Of a DNA stretch of 64,000 bases, positions 51,833 to 64,000 are shown one piece after another. The translations under genes were made by a program, and so were the position numbers. Within the stretch, counting starts at the first letter, position 1. Every line of letters starts with the position of its first letter. The DNA is from Felis catus (lineage: Eukaryota), in assembly GCF_018350175.1 (NCBI RefSeq), contig NC_058368.1:129024001-129088000 (forward strand), in the 5' to 3' direction. Below the pieces are notes generated by a model, which saw nothing but the letters and a program-made list of their open reading frames with translations, did not search any database and had not been told where the DNA came from.

Positions 51833-52269
51833 TCTTTGTATATTTTAAAACCGTTGTCTTCCCAGTCTGGTATCATAGGTCTCCTTGTCCCCTTTAAAAA
51901 TGAAACAGAAATCTAACCTCAGATATGGAAAATCAGTTTTCAAGGAAAGTTCATTGTAGAATGTTAGTGACAGAGTAAATGTTTGCTTTCTAGAAACTTT
52001 CATTAATCCTTGTTAGTGTGAGATTAAAGTAGAGGTTATGAATATGTGTTCATATGTGAGAAATTTGATGTAGTATAAAATACAAGTGGAAATAATGCCA
52101 TTTAAAAGATGATTTGGTGAAGATTTATCTTTTCCATTTCTTAACAGTACATTCTAATAGCAGTTTTTTGTTTTTCTGATCTCATTCTTAAGGAGTCCTT
52201 TGCTAATGAGGATTATGCCTATTGATATTTACTGTTTGAAATTAAACCTGAGAAAAAATAATATATTTA

Positions 52270-52622
52270 TTAAATAGCAGTAATAAAGTTATTAACATAA
52301 ATAGCATGCCTTTATGAAAAAACAACTTTAGCCCCCCCCCCAAAAAAATATATATTTTCATGGAAAAGGTGGCATTGTATTACATTTTTGAAAATCTTTG
52401 TAATGTCTGTCTTTATTGGAAGAGATCTGGATTTTCCTGTCCCTATCTTCATTTTGTTGTGATAGCACACATCATGTAGCTTCTGGAAAATTAAATGTGT
52501 ACACTTGAGAGGGAGAGTTTAAAAGGTCAGTGATGCCGAGATGGAATTGTGAAAACAATTTTGATCTTGTAGACCCTGTGAAAGGGTCTTAGGGACCCTG
52601 GACCACGTTTTGAGGATCACTG
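52270..52622. mobile_element. Charlie1-like hAT fragment
   Basis: gtggcattgtattacatttttg, catcatgtagcttctggaaaa, gaaagggtcttagggaccctggaccacgttttgaggatcactg. Confidence 0.7.
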
Positions 52623-53027
52623 CATTTTAACATTTTAGAAATATGTATGACTGCTAAAAAAAAAAAAATCTCTTCCCAATTTTCTGGTTTCTCTGTGTAC
52701 AAAGTAACCATCGATCACAAAATTAACTGTTTATGTGTTGGTAGAACTTAATAGGAAAGGGGAAAGAAAGCTGGTATCTAAGCAAAGGACCCTGAAGGGT
52801 TTTGGTTTTGTTGTCGAACAGCAGTGATCCCTTTAGTGTCCTCCAACTCATTTACCTCAAACATTGTCTGGCCAGGCTTACTTTACAAGCCACCTCTCAA
52901 GTGAGAACCACCACCCCCCCCACCAGATTTCAGTAGCATAGATTAAAAAAAAAATGTTATAGATGAAGGGATTGTATCTACCACCCCTCTCCTGTTTCTC
53001 CAGCTGGGAGGGTAAGGAAAGGGAAAT

Positions 53028-53245
53028 AAAATTTAACGAGCACTTTTACTATGTGCCAGGTGCTTTACGTATGTTATTTCATTTAAATTCCCAAAACAAC
53101 CCTAGATGGTATTTCTAGCCCCATTTTGCAAATAGAGCAAGACTCAGAGAGGTTAAATAACATGTCCAGAGCACTCAGCATTTAAGTGACAGAGTCTGAT
53201 CCCAATCAAAGTGTCTCTATTACTAAAGCCCGTACACACACTGTG
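53028..53245 (-). mobile_element. MIR
   Basis: gagcact...actatgtgccagg...acaacccta...ccccattttgca...actcagagaggttaaataac. Confidence 0.85.
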
Positions 53246-53945
53246 CCTTGGTTTGTGCTTTGTTTTTCTTCACTTTCTGCAGGTTGCGAATGTGAATACT
53301 AACGTTTTTTGGGGTCTCCCTGATAAAAACATGGTGATGATAAAACAATTTGCCCTGGGAGGTTTGCTCTTATGGGATTAACTATCTTTGACAGATTGCA
53401 TTTTGTAAAGTCAAATAAATACTTTTATAAGAAAAGGTTTATGTAAGTTTTTTGGTTTTAGTTCTTTGAAAATTAATTGCCCGTGTTTTACTACAGGGTA
53501 TAGAATTGCCTGCCCCTTTCTTTGTCCTTAGATCTGTCATATAGAACAGTTAGCTATTACAGAAAGAGAGTTTTTATTTGCTACTCAGTTTGTCATCAAG
53601 GTTTGTCAGAACTCCAGAAAGGCAAAGTCCATTCTTAGGAATATTATTTTGTTGCAGGTCACACACTCCCTAAGAGGTAAGATCAGCTTGGGTAGGAGGG
53701 AATAAGGGGTGGAGGAAGGATGGCTTATGTAGCTCTCTAGGGATTGCTGAGGGAGTATTCTTAGTTCTCTTGTGGGTGCTCTGGTATGATATAGGACCAA
53801 CTAACTTAGAGTGTGTTGGAATTTCAAAGGTTTCTCAAATTGGAGATGCCAAAATACATGAGTACACGATCCTGAAGTGAGGCTTGATGGAATTCTTACA
53901 AACTGACTCAGTATTGCAGTCTTAAAAAGTACTTATACCAGCTGT

Positions 53946-53958
53946 CGCGCGTGCGTGC

Positions 53959-53993
<35 letters not shown>
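53946..53993. repeat. (CG)/(GTGC)n/(GT)n microsatellite
   Basis: 48 bp of uninterrupted purine-pyrimidine alternation. Confidence 0.95.
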
Positions 53994-53994
<1 letters not shown>

Positions 53995-56532
53995 TTTTCC
54001 TGTATTTAAAAGTAAAGCCATTCCCCTTAGTGACATCAACCATCTCAACCTAAAAGTAAGGGGCGGGGGACCCCCTCCCCAAACAAATAAGCCTCAGAGT
54101 ATTTAATAGCTGTCACAAAGCTGGTCACATTAGAGGTGCAGCTGACCCGAGGGCAAATAATTTTCTTTGAAAAGGCTAGCAGTATAGGAGAGGAGTCCTT
54201 GTGATAGCTGATAGTGGAGAAAAGTAACAAAAAGCCCGCTGAAAAAATGCTGCCACCTGCAGTCGGCTGTTACAAAGAATGTTGCCCCACTCACTTGGTA
54301 GCACCAATAGTCAGCTGATTAGGGTGGCAGGGTAGAACTTAGAACATTTAGAAATATTTCTAAGAAAAATGTTTGGAATTTTTAAAGGAGTTGGGGGTAC
54401 TTGAAAGATAATCTAGAATTGCTTAGAAAATGAACATTATTAAACACCTTAATCTTTGATGATATCAGATTAATGAAGTGTTACTCTGTAAGACATATGT
54501 ATGTTTATATGTGCGCTTTCATATATCTCTTGAATTAGATTGTTTTGGAGGCCACAATATTATATGGTTTGCTTTTTAAAAGACTTTGTGAGAATAGTAA
54601 ATATTTGTTGTAATGAAATTGAATAATAGATGAGTTTTTCCTTCGGCATAATTTAATGATCGCAGCATTCATTCAATACACTTTACTTCCTTCTGACTTG
54701 TGCACCTTTTTGCAAAAAATTGTTTGAGGGGTTCATCACTTTTCTTATTAAGGGCCTCTTCTTTGGTAGTTAAATCATTCTCTTTTGAAGTACCTGTTAT
54801 GTTATACCCTTACAGATTAAGTAGTGACTAGTCCAACTCTTAGATCCTCAATTATCTTGACTTTTCCTATGATTGGAAAAGTTGTCCAATATCACTCTCT
54901 TGGAGAGACAAAGATGTTGACTTGATGGACAAGGAGAGCTATGGTGCTGTGAAGCTGGGAGAGATCAATTTTATAAATGGTCAGTTTATGGTAACTATTT
55001 TCCCATAGTGATAACCGGTTTCTTTGTATACAACATGTCTGTGAAGGTAGAAAACATTGAGATCTCTTGCACTGAACGTACAGAATATACTTCAGGACTT
55101 TCAGAATTGTCTCTTATCCATTGGGTTTTTTTCTATCTTAATCTGTGCCTGTCTTGTGGATTTTAATTACTGTAGGCTTATCGTGCATCTGGTATATAGT
55201 AAGGTAAGTTTGTCCTTACTATTCTTCACTTTTGAAGTTCTCTGGGTGTTTACTTTTTCTGTGACTTTTTCCTCATGGGAAAATACATTAAATTAAAAAA
55301 AAAAAATAGAAGTGTATCTACTATGTATCTTTTCTTTAATTGTAGTATTCAAAAAAAACTTCTTGACCAAAAGAGGTAAAGGAGACTGGAATATTCATTC
55401 TGAAACAGGGATAATATAATCTCTTTGTAAGAAAAATGAAGATTATCATATTACAGTTCTCTAAATTTCTTACCATGAAATTTAGTAGTAACTTGTTTTT
55501 AGGGATTGCTCTTTTTAAATTAACTTGGTAAAACTTATTACCACACTTTTCTCTTTCCTTCTTTGTTACTAAATATGAATTATTAGGATGAAATTATATT
55601 ACTCTGAAAGATTTCTTCTAAACTGAATAGTGAGTAGTGTTTCTTCCAGCTCTCTGGCCTGATGATCATCCCTTGGGGGAGACAGTAAGTAGGGTTCAAG
55701 TGCCCCATATGTGAATTCTAGGCATTATCTAGTTGTCATTCTCATGTTATATGTCTGTCATCCCTCTCAGATTTCCCAAATGGTAAAGATCTTTCTTTTT
55801 GGGAATGAAGACAGTGTCCTGCTTGATGAGTTTTATTCAAGTAGCATAGATAGTGGAAGGCTGAAAGAAAGTCAAAACCTTCATTCTGGATCTTATGTTT
55901 CTGTCAAGTACTCAAAATCTTGAGGTAAATTGGTGTCCTGAAAGTTCCCAAAATTATCTCCTTAAGGTTTAGCCCTTACCTCTGAATGTGGTTGTGAGAG
56001 AAGGAAGGTGGAACTGAATGGATGTGCCAAAAAGAAATTTGGGGTTAACTTTCCACATACTGATATTTCCACATATGGATAGTGAGAGGAGGTTTTGTCC
56101 CCTGGCCAAATAGGCCAGGACCGACTGATGTCAGTGTGGTGGGAGGCAGTTTTCAGTTGGCTGTATGGTTTTCCTAGAGCAATCCAAGGGGGAGTCGTGT
56201 GTGTGTGGGGTGAGCGTCTCCTCTCTGGACCATTGTAAGCAGCCACCAAATGACCTCTCGGTCAGGGAGGGTGTGAAGGATTTGTGTGTAGTTCTAAGTT
56301 TAAGCTGTAAAGACCCTTTCCCCTTGGTGATTCTGTGTGCCTGTGTGTTTGTGTATGTAAGCATGTTTAATAACCTTACTTCTGTACCAGCTCGTTGTGA
56401 GCCACTTAGACTGCGGTATATATGAGATTTGGTGGGCTTTGAAGTTCTACCAATAGGCATTGCTCATAGACATTGTTGTATTGGGGCATATGTTAGGCAC
56501 GGATTATTAAATTAAAAAAATTATCTGATCAC

Positions 56533-56735
56533 AGTCACCTGGGTGGCTCAGGCGGTTAAGCGTCCGACTTCGGCTCAGGTCATGATCTCATGGTTTGTGA
56601 GTTCGAGCCCTGCCCTGCATCAGGCTTTGCACCGCTGGTGTGGAGCCTGTCTGGGATTCTTTCTCCTTCTCTCTGCCCCTCCCGCACTCTCTCTCTTTCT
56701 CTCAAGATAAACTTAAAAAAAACCTTAAAGAAAAT
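56533..56735 (+). mobile_element. Can-SINE
   Basis: Head, (CT)n and A tail; TSD ttatctgatca at 56521 and 56736. Confidence 0.92.
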
Positions 56736-57214
56736 TTATCTGATCAGTGTCTGTGAATGACCTGCCCCAGAGTTGCATTGTTGGTTAGAAGATGTTAGTG
56801 GCTGCCTAGAATAAAGGAGGGAAGGGAGGAATTTGTTGAGCACAAAGCCAAGCTGGCCTTGTTTTGTTTTTTTGTGTCTTTAAAGGAAGAAAACCACTGA
56901 TCTGGGGATTTGTGTCAGGTATACCACAGGTTCAGAGATGAGTGATTATGGCTTGTTAGTGCGATCTAACAACTTCCTATAGGTGTGATGGTGGTATACT
57001 GCAATACATATTTTCATATAGATGTGTAAAATACTTTAGCATGTCTGTCAAATACCAATGCTTTTTTCCCTATAAAGTGTGGAGAACGGGAGGCGGGAGG
57101 ATGTTTGCGTGGTCTGAATGTTTTTACTTGAAAATAAAAACTGTCAATATTTTTTTCTCACTGCCGTCAAGTACTGCCCATTGCAAAGAATTAGAAATAC
57201 TTCATAGCATCTGA

Positions 57215-57727
<513 letters not shown>

Positions 57728-58125
57728 TAGTAGCCAAGAGAGATTTAAAAAATTTTTTATTATTAAAGTATTGTTGACAGAGGTTTTTAAGTTTAGTTTT
57801 GTATCCTGAAACATTTGTTTCGAAGTGTTTTGTGCATTCTACTAGATAGCAAACCTTTTGTGCCCAGAAAAATTTCTCAGTTGTTAAAGGTTGACTCCTA
57901 TGCTTTTACATTTGGTAAAATTTCATCAAATGTTAGATATTGGTTGTGGAAAACACAAGACTTATTTAATTCACCTTTGTCAGCTTTTATCAGTAAATTA
58001 ACTTGGACGTACTCTGAATTTTCTTCCCCCATTTTCTTTTAAAATTTATTTTCCAAGAAAGGACATTTCTGACAGGATGCCTCATATTAAGAAAATTAAA
58101 TTATTCTTAGAAAAATCTTACAACT

Positions 58126-58325
58126 GGGCTGCCTGAGTGGCTCAGTCGGTTGAGCAGCTCAGGCCATGATGTTGCAGTTCGTGGGTTTGAGCCCCGCATC
58201 AGGCTCACTGCTGTCAGCGCAGAGCCTGCTTTGGATCCTCTGTTGTCGCCGCTCCCTACCCCCTGGCCCCCCCCCCGCCCCTCTCCTACTTGCGCTCTTT
58301 AAAAAATAAATATTTTAAAAAAACA
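58126..58325 (+). mobile_element. Can-SINE with an internal deletion and a C-rich tract
   Basis: gcctgagtggctcagtcggttgagc head; TSD ttacaact at 58118 and 58328. Confidence 0.9.
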
Positions 58326-58769
58326 TATTACAACTTATTCAGAGAGAATTTAGGATATGATTATCACTGTGTAAGAAATCTCAAAAATGGTTTCTTATAA
58401 ACACATTTATCAGGTGTTTATTTTGTGATTGCAGATATGTTGACTTACAAGAATGTATGTGCAACCTGTCAGAAATACACCCACAACCTATTTCATGGAG
58501 TACATTAAAACAGGATAAATAATATGGCTAAGTTATAGGTTGTTATGCTTTAAAAACATTTAGACGTAATTTTAAAAATATTTAAAAATATGTTGAGGAA
58601 TGTAACACAGTCTTGACTAGGCAACTCTGGGGCCTAACATTTTTGCATTTCTTTAGTTATATTGATTTGAGATACAGGACTCAATTCTATTCTTTTAGGT
58701 TTCTAAAAAGTCCTTAATTGCTATAGTGAATGTAAATATTTAAGGAAAGGAAGTTTAATATTTATTTCT

Positions 58770-59510
58770 TGAAAACTTTTAAAATTGTGAGGTAAAACAT
58801 GTAGGAAAGTGCATAAAATATGAATATGTAGTTTTAATAAAGTGAACCAACAACACAGGTCCCAGAAATAGACTGCTGTCAGCACTTGAGAGGGTTCCAT
58901 ATGTCCCCTTTCTGTCACAAGCTCCTTTCTCTTCCCCATGGTAACTAACCACTGCCTGGTTTTTATGGTAATCACACCTTGGTGGTTTGTGTTTTGTTGT
59001 TGACATCATTAAACACTAGTTGAGTTTTATCTGACTTCTTTCATTGGAATCATGTTTGTAAGATTAATGCATACTGTTTCATGTACCTGTAGTTCATTCA
59101 TTTTCATTGCTCTCGAGCAGCACTGTCCAAGAGAAATATAATGTGAGCCACTTGTATGGTTTAAAATATTGTAATAGCCTATTTAAAAAGAAACAAGTAA
59201 AATTAATTTTAAAAGTGATTAATCTCAATATTCATAAATATCAAGTCAACAAAAAGCTGATACATTTTACCCTTTTTTTCGTATTTCAGTCTTTGAAATC
59301 TGGTGTCTGTTTTATACTTACGGCATACCTTAAACCCCCCATAGTCACAGTGCTGCAAGTGCTTAATAGCCACGTGTGGCTAGTGGTTACCTTATTTACT
59401 GGACAGCACAACTCTAGAATAGTCTAGCTCTGAGAACATCACCGTTTGTCCATTCCACCGTTGATCGATCTTGTTTTGAATAGAGCTGCTGTGAACATTC
59501 TTTTACAAGT
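58770..59510 (-). mobile_element. Ancient L1 3' UTR fragment, interrupted by MER33
   Basis: aaagtgcataaaa, ggtaactaaccact, tgtagttcattcattttcattgct, then resumes gtttgtccattc...ctgtgaacattctt. Confidence 0.65.
59118..59411 (-). mobile_element. MER33 (hAT-Charlie)
   Basis: TIRs cagcactgtcca / tggacagcaca; ctttgaaatctggtgt, caagtgcttaatagccacgtgtggctagtgg. Confidence 0.8.
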
Positions 59511-60942
59511 CCCCTAGTACTATAAGATACTTTGAAAATGGTTTTTATGTCAGAGGGACACCCCCATAGCCATACTTCTTCTAGTACTCCCCATATTAGG
59601 CTCAGTTTTATTAGAGAGGTATCACAAGGTGTGTAAAGCATTTTACTTGGTAGAGCCTGCCCTTGTTAAATACAATATTGTAAACAACTGTGGCACTGAA
59701 GTACCTTTGACCCACCAAAGGACATGCCCTCAAGGACTCGTTCAGGTAGGCTTCTTCTTTGTCATACTACCTCCCTCAGTCTTACTGCTTTGTGAAAATT
59801 CAGGCTAGCTAACAATCATCTCAGATTTCTCAGGAGCCTATCCATGGCTTTTTTATTAAATTGTTCAGTGGAGGCAGAAGAATAGGATATACCATTTCTT
59901 CAAACTTGTATGTGTTCTTCAAACTTTTATTTCCTCCCCCCGCCCCCCCGAATTTATATAATCCATTAGGGTTACTTTGTTCTCTGAGTTTTAGTTTAAC
60001 CATAGGTCCACATCAACAGTCATTTGTTCTGCATGGGTCTTCCTTGTTTTGAAGAATAGCAGCCCCCAAAGTTTCTTGTCTAAAAGCTTTGAAAATTCAT
60101 TTTTATGTTCAAATAGTAAGACTAATGAATTAATGTAATGCAGAGCTGGGTGCAAGAAAGTGTTCCTATGATATTTATATTTCTTTCAGAATTTCTAAAA
60201 TAAGAAGAAAAAGTTTTCCAAGGAAATAGCAAGGGCAGAATGCAGATTAGCTTTAGGCTTAGCGTGATTTTCAAATAACTTGTATGAGAACAGCTTAACT
60301 AGAGCAGTGAACTTGAGCAGTTTATCCCACCAGTTTCTTCTTCACTTAATTTATCATCAGATTTGCTCCCAGCCTGGAAATGGGCCAGTTACATGAGCTG
60401 CCTTCTTGCCTTCTGTCCTTGTATGATACATGGTAAAGAGAAGACAGGTAGGAAGCAGGCCATGACTTTAAGTGACAAAAGGGGAACCCTGGAGAGTGTT
60501 ATTTTAACTGTTAGATCGATGCCTTATTAGAGAGTGGGATTAAAAATATTTTGCAGTATTTGACCACATGATTTCACCTGCCTCCAAACATCTGTACATA
60601 AAGCATTCTCCAAACCATTAAAGCAGTGCTTTTTTGTATGGTCTTTTGGGTGTAGTTTTTCTTTGAGTAGAAAGATGTCTTAAACACAAATATTGATAGA
60701 GTTAATTTTTCTTTAAGGAAAAGCATCACTTTTACTTGGCCAGATAATAGAGTTGGGATATGATTTACTTTCAGTTATCTTAATAGGTATCTTAAAGACA
60801 AGTTTGGCTTCCAAATCCTTTTTAGAAGAAAGTCATAATTTAAGGAAATAACAAACTATGTTGGTAACAGGTTATTCATTTTTCTTAAGAACTTATTTAT
60901 CCTAATGTTGCTTAAAATTCTATTAGTTGCTTTTCCTTATTA

Positions 60943-61269
60943 TAGTTGACCCTTGAACAACATGGATTTGAACTGCACAGATCCATTTATACCTGTATTT
61001 TTCCCGTAAATATATGTATAGCACTATAAGCGTATTTTCTATTACAATTTTCTTAACATTTTATGTTCTCTGGCATATTTATGGTAAGGATACAGTATAT
61101 AATACACATATAAAATACATGTTGATCGACTTTACCTTATTGGTAAGGCTTCTGAAAGTCAGTGGTAGGCTATTAGTAGTTACCTTTTTGTGTAGTCAGA
61201 CGTTATACATGGATTTTCCACTGTTTGGGGGGTTGACCCCCCAACCCTTGCATTGTTCAAGGGTCACTG
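60943..61269. mobile_element. Tigger2-family MITE (TcMar)
   Basis: TIRs tagttgacccttgaacaa / ttgttcaagggtcactg, flanked by TA on both sides. Confidence 0.88.
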
Positions 61270-61864
61270 TATTTTGGAATATTTTCTTTCTGCAAGAATT
61301 TTATCCTGAGGAGTTAAAAGCTTTCTCAAGATGATTTCAGGCATATTATTCCTAACAATTTCCTTTTTAACTTGATATTGCATATTTATAATTGCAGTAG
61401 TTTCTAGATGAAGAAACTGAAGAGAATGTGTTAGTACATCCAAGCTCACAGACTGAGCAAAGGTACTTGGAATATAGACTTAGTTATTGTAATAGTTCAT
61501 TCCTTGTTAGATTTTTTTTCATTTCTTTGTGTTTTCATAACATCCCCCCCCCACACATAATTTTGATTAGATTATAAAACTAACTACTGTATGCTAAATA
61601 GTGGCTGTAAGATAGTGATGTTAATGGCCCTCCAAGGAGATTTCCCATTATATCCTGCATTTTTTTTCAGCAAAATTGTTTGCTTTCAGTTTTATATTCT
61701 AATAAAACTTTCCAGCTTCCACATTCTTAAAAAAGATGCTGATGTCTTCGCTAAGTACTTTTCTAAATTTACTGATTTCCAAGTGCTAGTCCTCTCTCTT
61801 ACTTAACTCAGCCTTTTTTGGTCCTTTTCGTTTTGTATTAAAGGAGGTGTATTACATAGATTGG

Positions 61865-62000
61865 TAAATCGTGGTGTAGAGACAGAACATCAGATTTAAA
61901 ATCTGAAGGCTTAGAGTCCAGTATTGTCTCTATTATGTATGCATTACTTGAGTAACCTTGGGTGAAGCTCATTTTTTTCTCATTTACAGTGGTCATGCTC
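61865..62000 (+). mobile_element. MIR (degraded)
   Basis: gtggtgtagagacagaaca...gtaaccttggg...tttttctcatttaca. Confidence 0.5.
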
Positions 62001-62699
62001 TTCTCTAATAGCATTCGAAGAATTTTAATAAGGAATACACGTATAATAATAATAATAGAAATATTACTGAGTTTACCTCATGTTCAGTGTATCCAGAAGT
62101 TCTCACAGAAGAGGGTAGAAACCAGTTGGGAGGGGGGGTGAATGATATCACAGTTGGAGGTCATCTTACTTTACTCTGACTTTCTGTCATGTATTTCTTT
62201 TACTTCTACTTTCTCCCTTGTGCACTTTGCCCCCCCCCCCGCCCCCCCCCTCCCTTTCCTATGAGCTAGCCTGTAGTGGGCACACTACAGCAAAGAGGGA
62301 CAGACTAAGCGGAAGCTGGTATTGGTCTTGGCTGGGAGCAGAGTGTGTATGTGTGTGTGTGTGTGGGGGGGTCATTTCAGTGGCCCTTTCACTCCTAGAG
62401 CCTGGGCCATCCCAAAAGTAGGGTAGACTCCTCCCTGATATCACTGTCATGTGCCCAGAGATACCATTTCAGTCAGCTAGAAGCAGAAGGAATATATTCA
62501 CATGTTAGATGCACTTGACACATGACATCCAAGATCTCTTCCACCTCTGATTCTGTGACTTTGGTGGTGGTATTTCTACAGAGACACAGGAAGCACCTGG
62601 TATCATACTGCAAAAGGTACACCTCCTGTGGTTCTACTCAATTGTGCACTTACGTGTTGTTCTTTGATGAGACATTTGAATTTGAGCATGGTTCGAATA

Positions 62700-62985
62700 A
62701 AACCAACATCATAAATTCCATTCATGCCTGCCAGTCCTGCTTAACTTAGCCTCCAAATGCCTCTGTGTCCCAGCCATCTTATATATCAGTCCATTCAGCC
62801 TCTCTTAGGTATTCCAAACAGACAAGCAGACCTACTCAGCAATCCTGTGTTCACTGTGTAGCTTACTTTTAGTTGATTGTAAACTCCATCAGGTCCGAAA
62901 CTATGACCTGTGTGTGTATCTTGGTGGCCTCCCTAAGGGCAGTACTTAAGAAGCAGTAGGCACTCGGAATTTGTTAAATAAAAAG
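62700..62985 (+). mobile_element. L2 3' end
   Basis: gattgtaaactccat...cagtaggcactc...atttgttaaataaa. Confidence 0.6.
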
Positions 62986-63369
62986 TAACACTGTCATTTT
63001 TTGTTCTGTTTTGTTCTTAGCAGGAACTTGGAGATTTATTTTTGTACACATACGTGTTCCAAATCTAGCAATGAGCGACAGTCGGAGTTGTTTGATGGAG
63101 GCCTTATGTCACATCTTTCTTCCTTTTGTTCCCCTGTGGATGGTCATGTTCATTGTAATCGGGCTTGCATTAGCAACCAGTTTTTACAAGTATCCTAGGG
63201 AGATAGTTTGGTTATTACAAGCATATTCTTTCTTTCGTAGAACACTCAGGCATTGACATTTGGTGAAACAAAGGTATGATCTACTGGTGATTAATACAAT
63301 TTGCAAATATTCTGTAGGAGAGAATTGAATTTGCTGTCCTAAAGTGCAGCAGTGTGAAACTTAGAGAAA

Positions 63370-63825
63370 TTTTAAAACAATTTTAAAAAAGTATGTTGGA
63401 AAAATATATAGTAATATAGAACTGTGTGAAGATAAAAAGACAAATCCGGATTGGCTCTTTCATCAACCAGCTCCTTCCTTAGTGTCTCCAACAGTTCCCT
63501 TATCCCTGAAGGCAACTACTGCTGACGGTGTGGTTTGCATTCTTTGAGACAGCTTTCTTTGTGCACACACATACGTAGTTTTTAAAAAACAATTAAAAAT
63601 ATTTTTCTCCCTTTTGCTTTTTTCTCTTAATATATGGTGTATATCTTATGTTAGTACAGACATGTCTGTTACTGTTTTAAATGCTGTGTAGTATTCCATA
63701 TTATGGATACATTTAACTACTAACTTACTGAATAATTTTGAAGTTGCTTTTGTTTTGTTTTTGTACTGTGTGCAGTACCACTTCAACCATTGTGTGTGTG
63801 TACATGTGTGAATTTGTGCAGATAT
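63370..63825 (-). mobile_element. Ancient L1 (L1ME-like) fragment
   Basis: gaaggcaactactg, ttttaaatgctgtgtagtattccatattatggatac. Confidence 0.55.
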
Positions 63826-64000
63826 TTTTGTTTTTAAGTTTATTTATTTTGAGAGAGAGAAAGCACATGAGCAGGGAAGGGGCAGAGAGAGAGGGTGAGA
63901 GAGAGAGGATCCCAAGCAGGCTCTGCACTGTTAGCTCAGAGCCTGACATGGGGCTTGAGATCATGACCTGAGGCAAAAATCAAGAGTCCTTCTGAGCCAC
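63826..64000 (-). mobile_element. Can-SINE running off the window end
   Basis: tttatttattttgagagagag...cccaagcaggctctgcactg...gagatcatgacctgag. Confidence 0.92.

Overview
Mammalian genomic DNA, almost certainly a felid (or other feliform carnivore): AT-rich, CpG-depleted, with about 22 tRNA-derived Can-SINEs plus carnivore L1, L2, MIR and ancient DNA-transposon relics. The window lies inside a + strand gene that I recognise as ZSWIM6 from its only clear coding exon, 57255-57611 (357 nt, phase 1-1, SWIM zinc finger). Everything else looks intronic. The other ORFs in the track are repeat-derived or chance ORFs. There are no prokaryotic-type systems, CRISPR arrays or RNA genes. Three things stand out. 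(1) A compact CpG-rich module at ~8290-8510 (CRE, GC boxes, 3x GACTGACAG, G-quadruplex) followed by an ATG and a splice donor that would join in frame to the SWIM exon, i.e. a candidate internal promoter and alternative first exon. (2) The SWIM exon would form a stop-free endless ORF if back-spliced, and it is flanked by inverted SINEs. (3) A ~135-nt near-perfect hairpin at 47265-47400 that I cannot assign to a repeat family. Boundaries of old repeats are approximate and family names come from recall of consensus sequences, not from a search.
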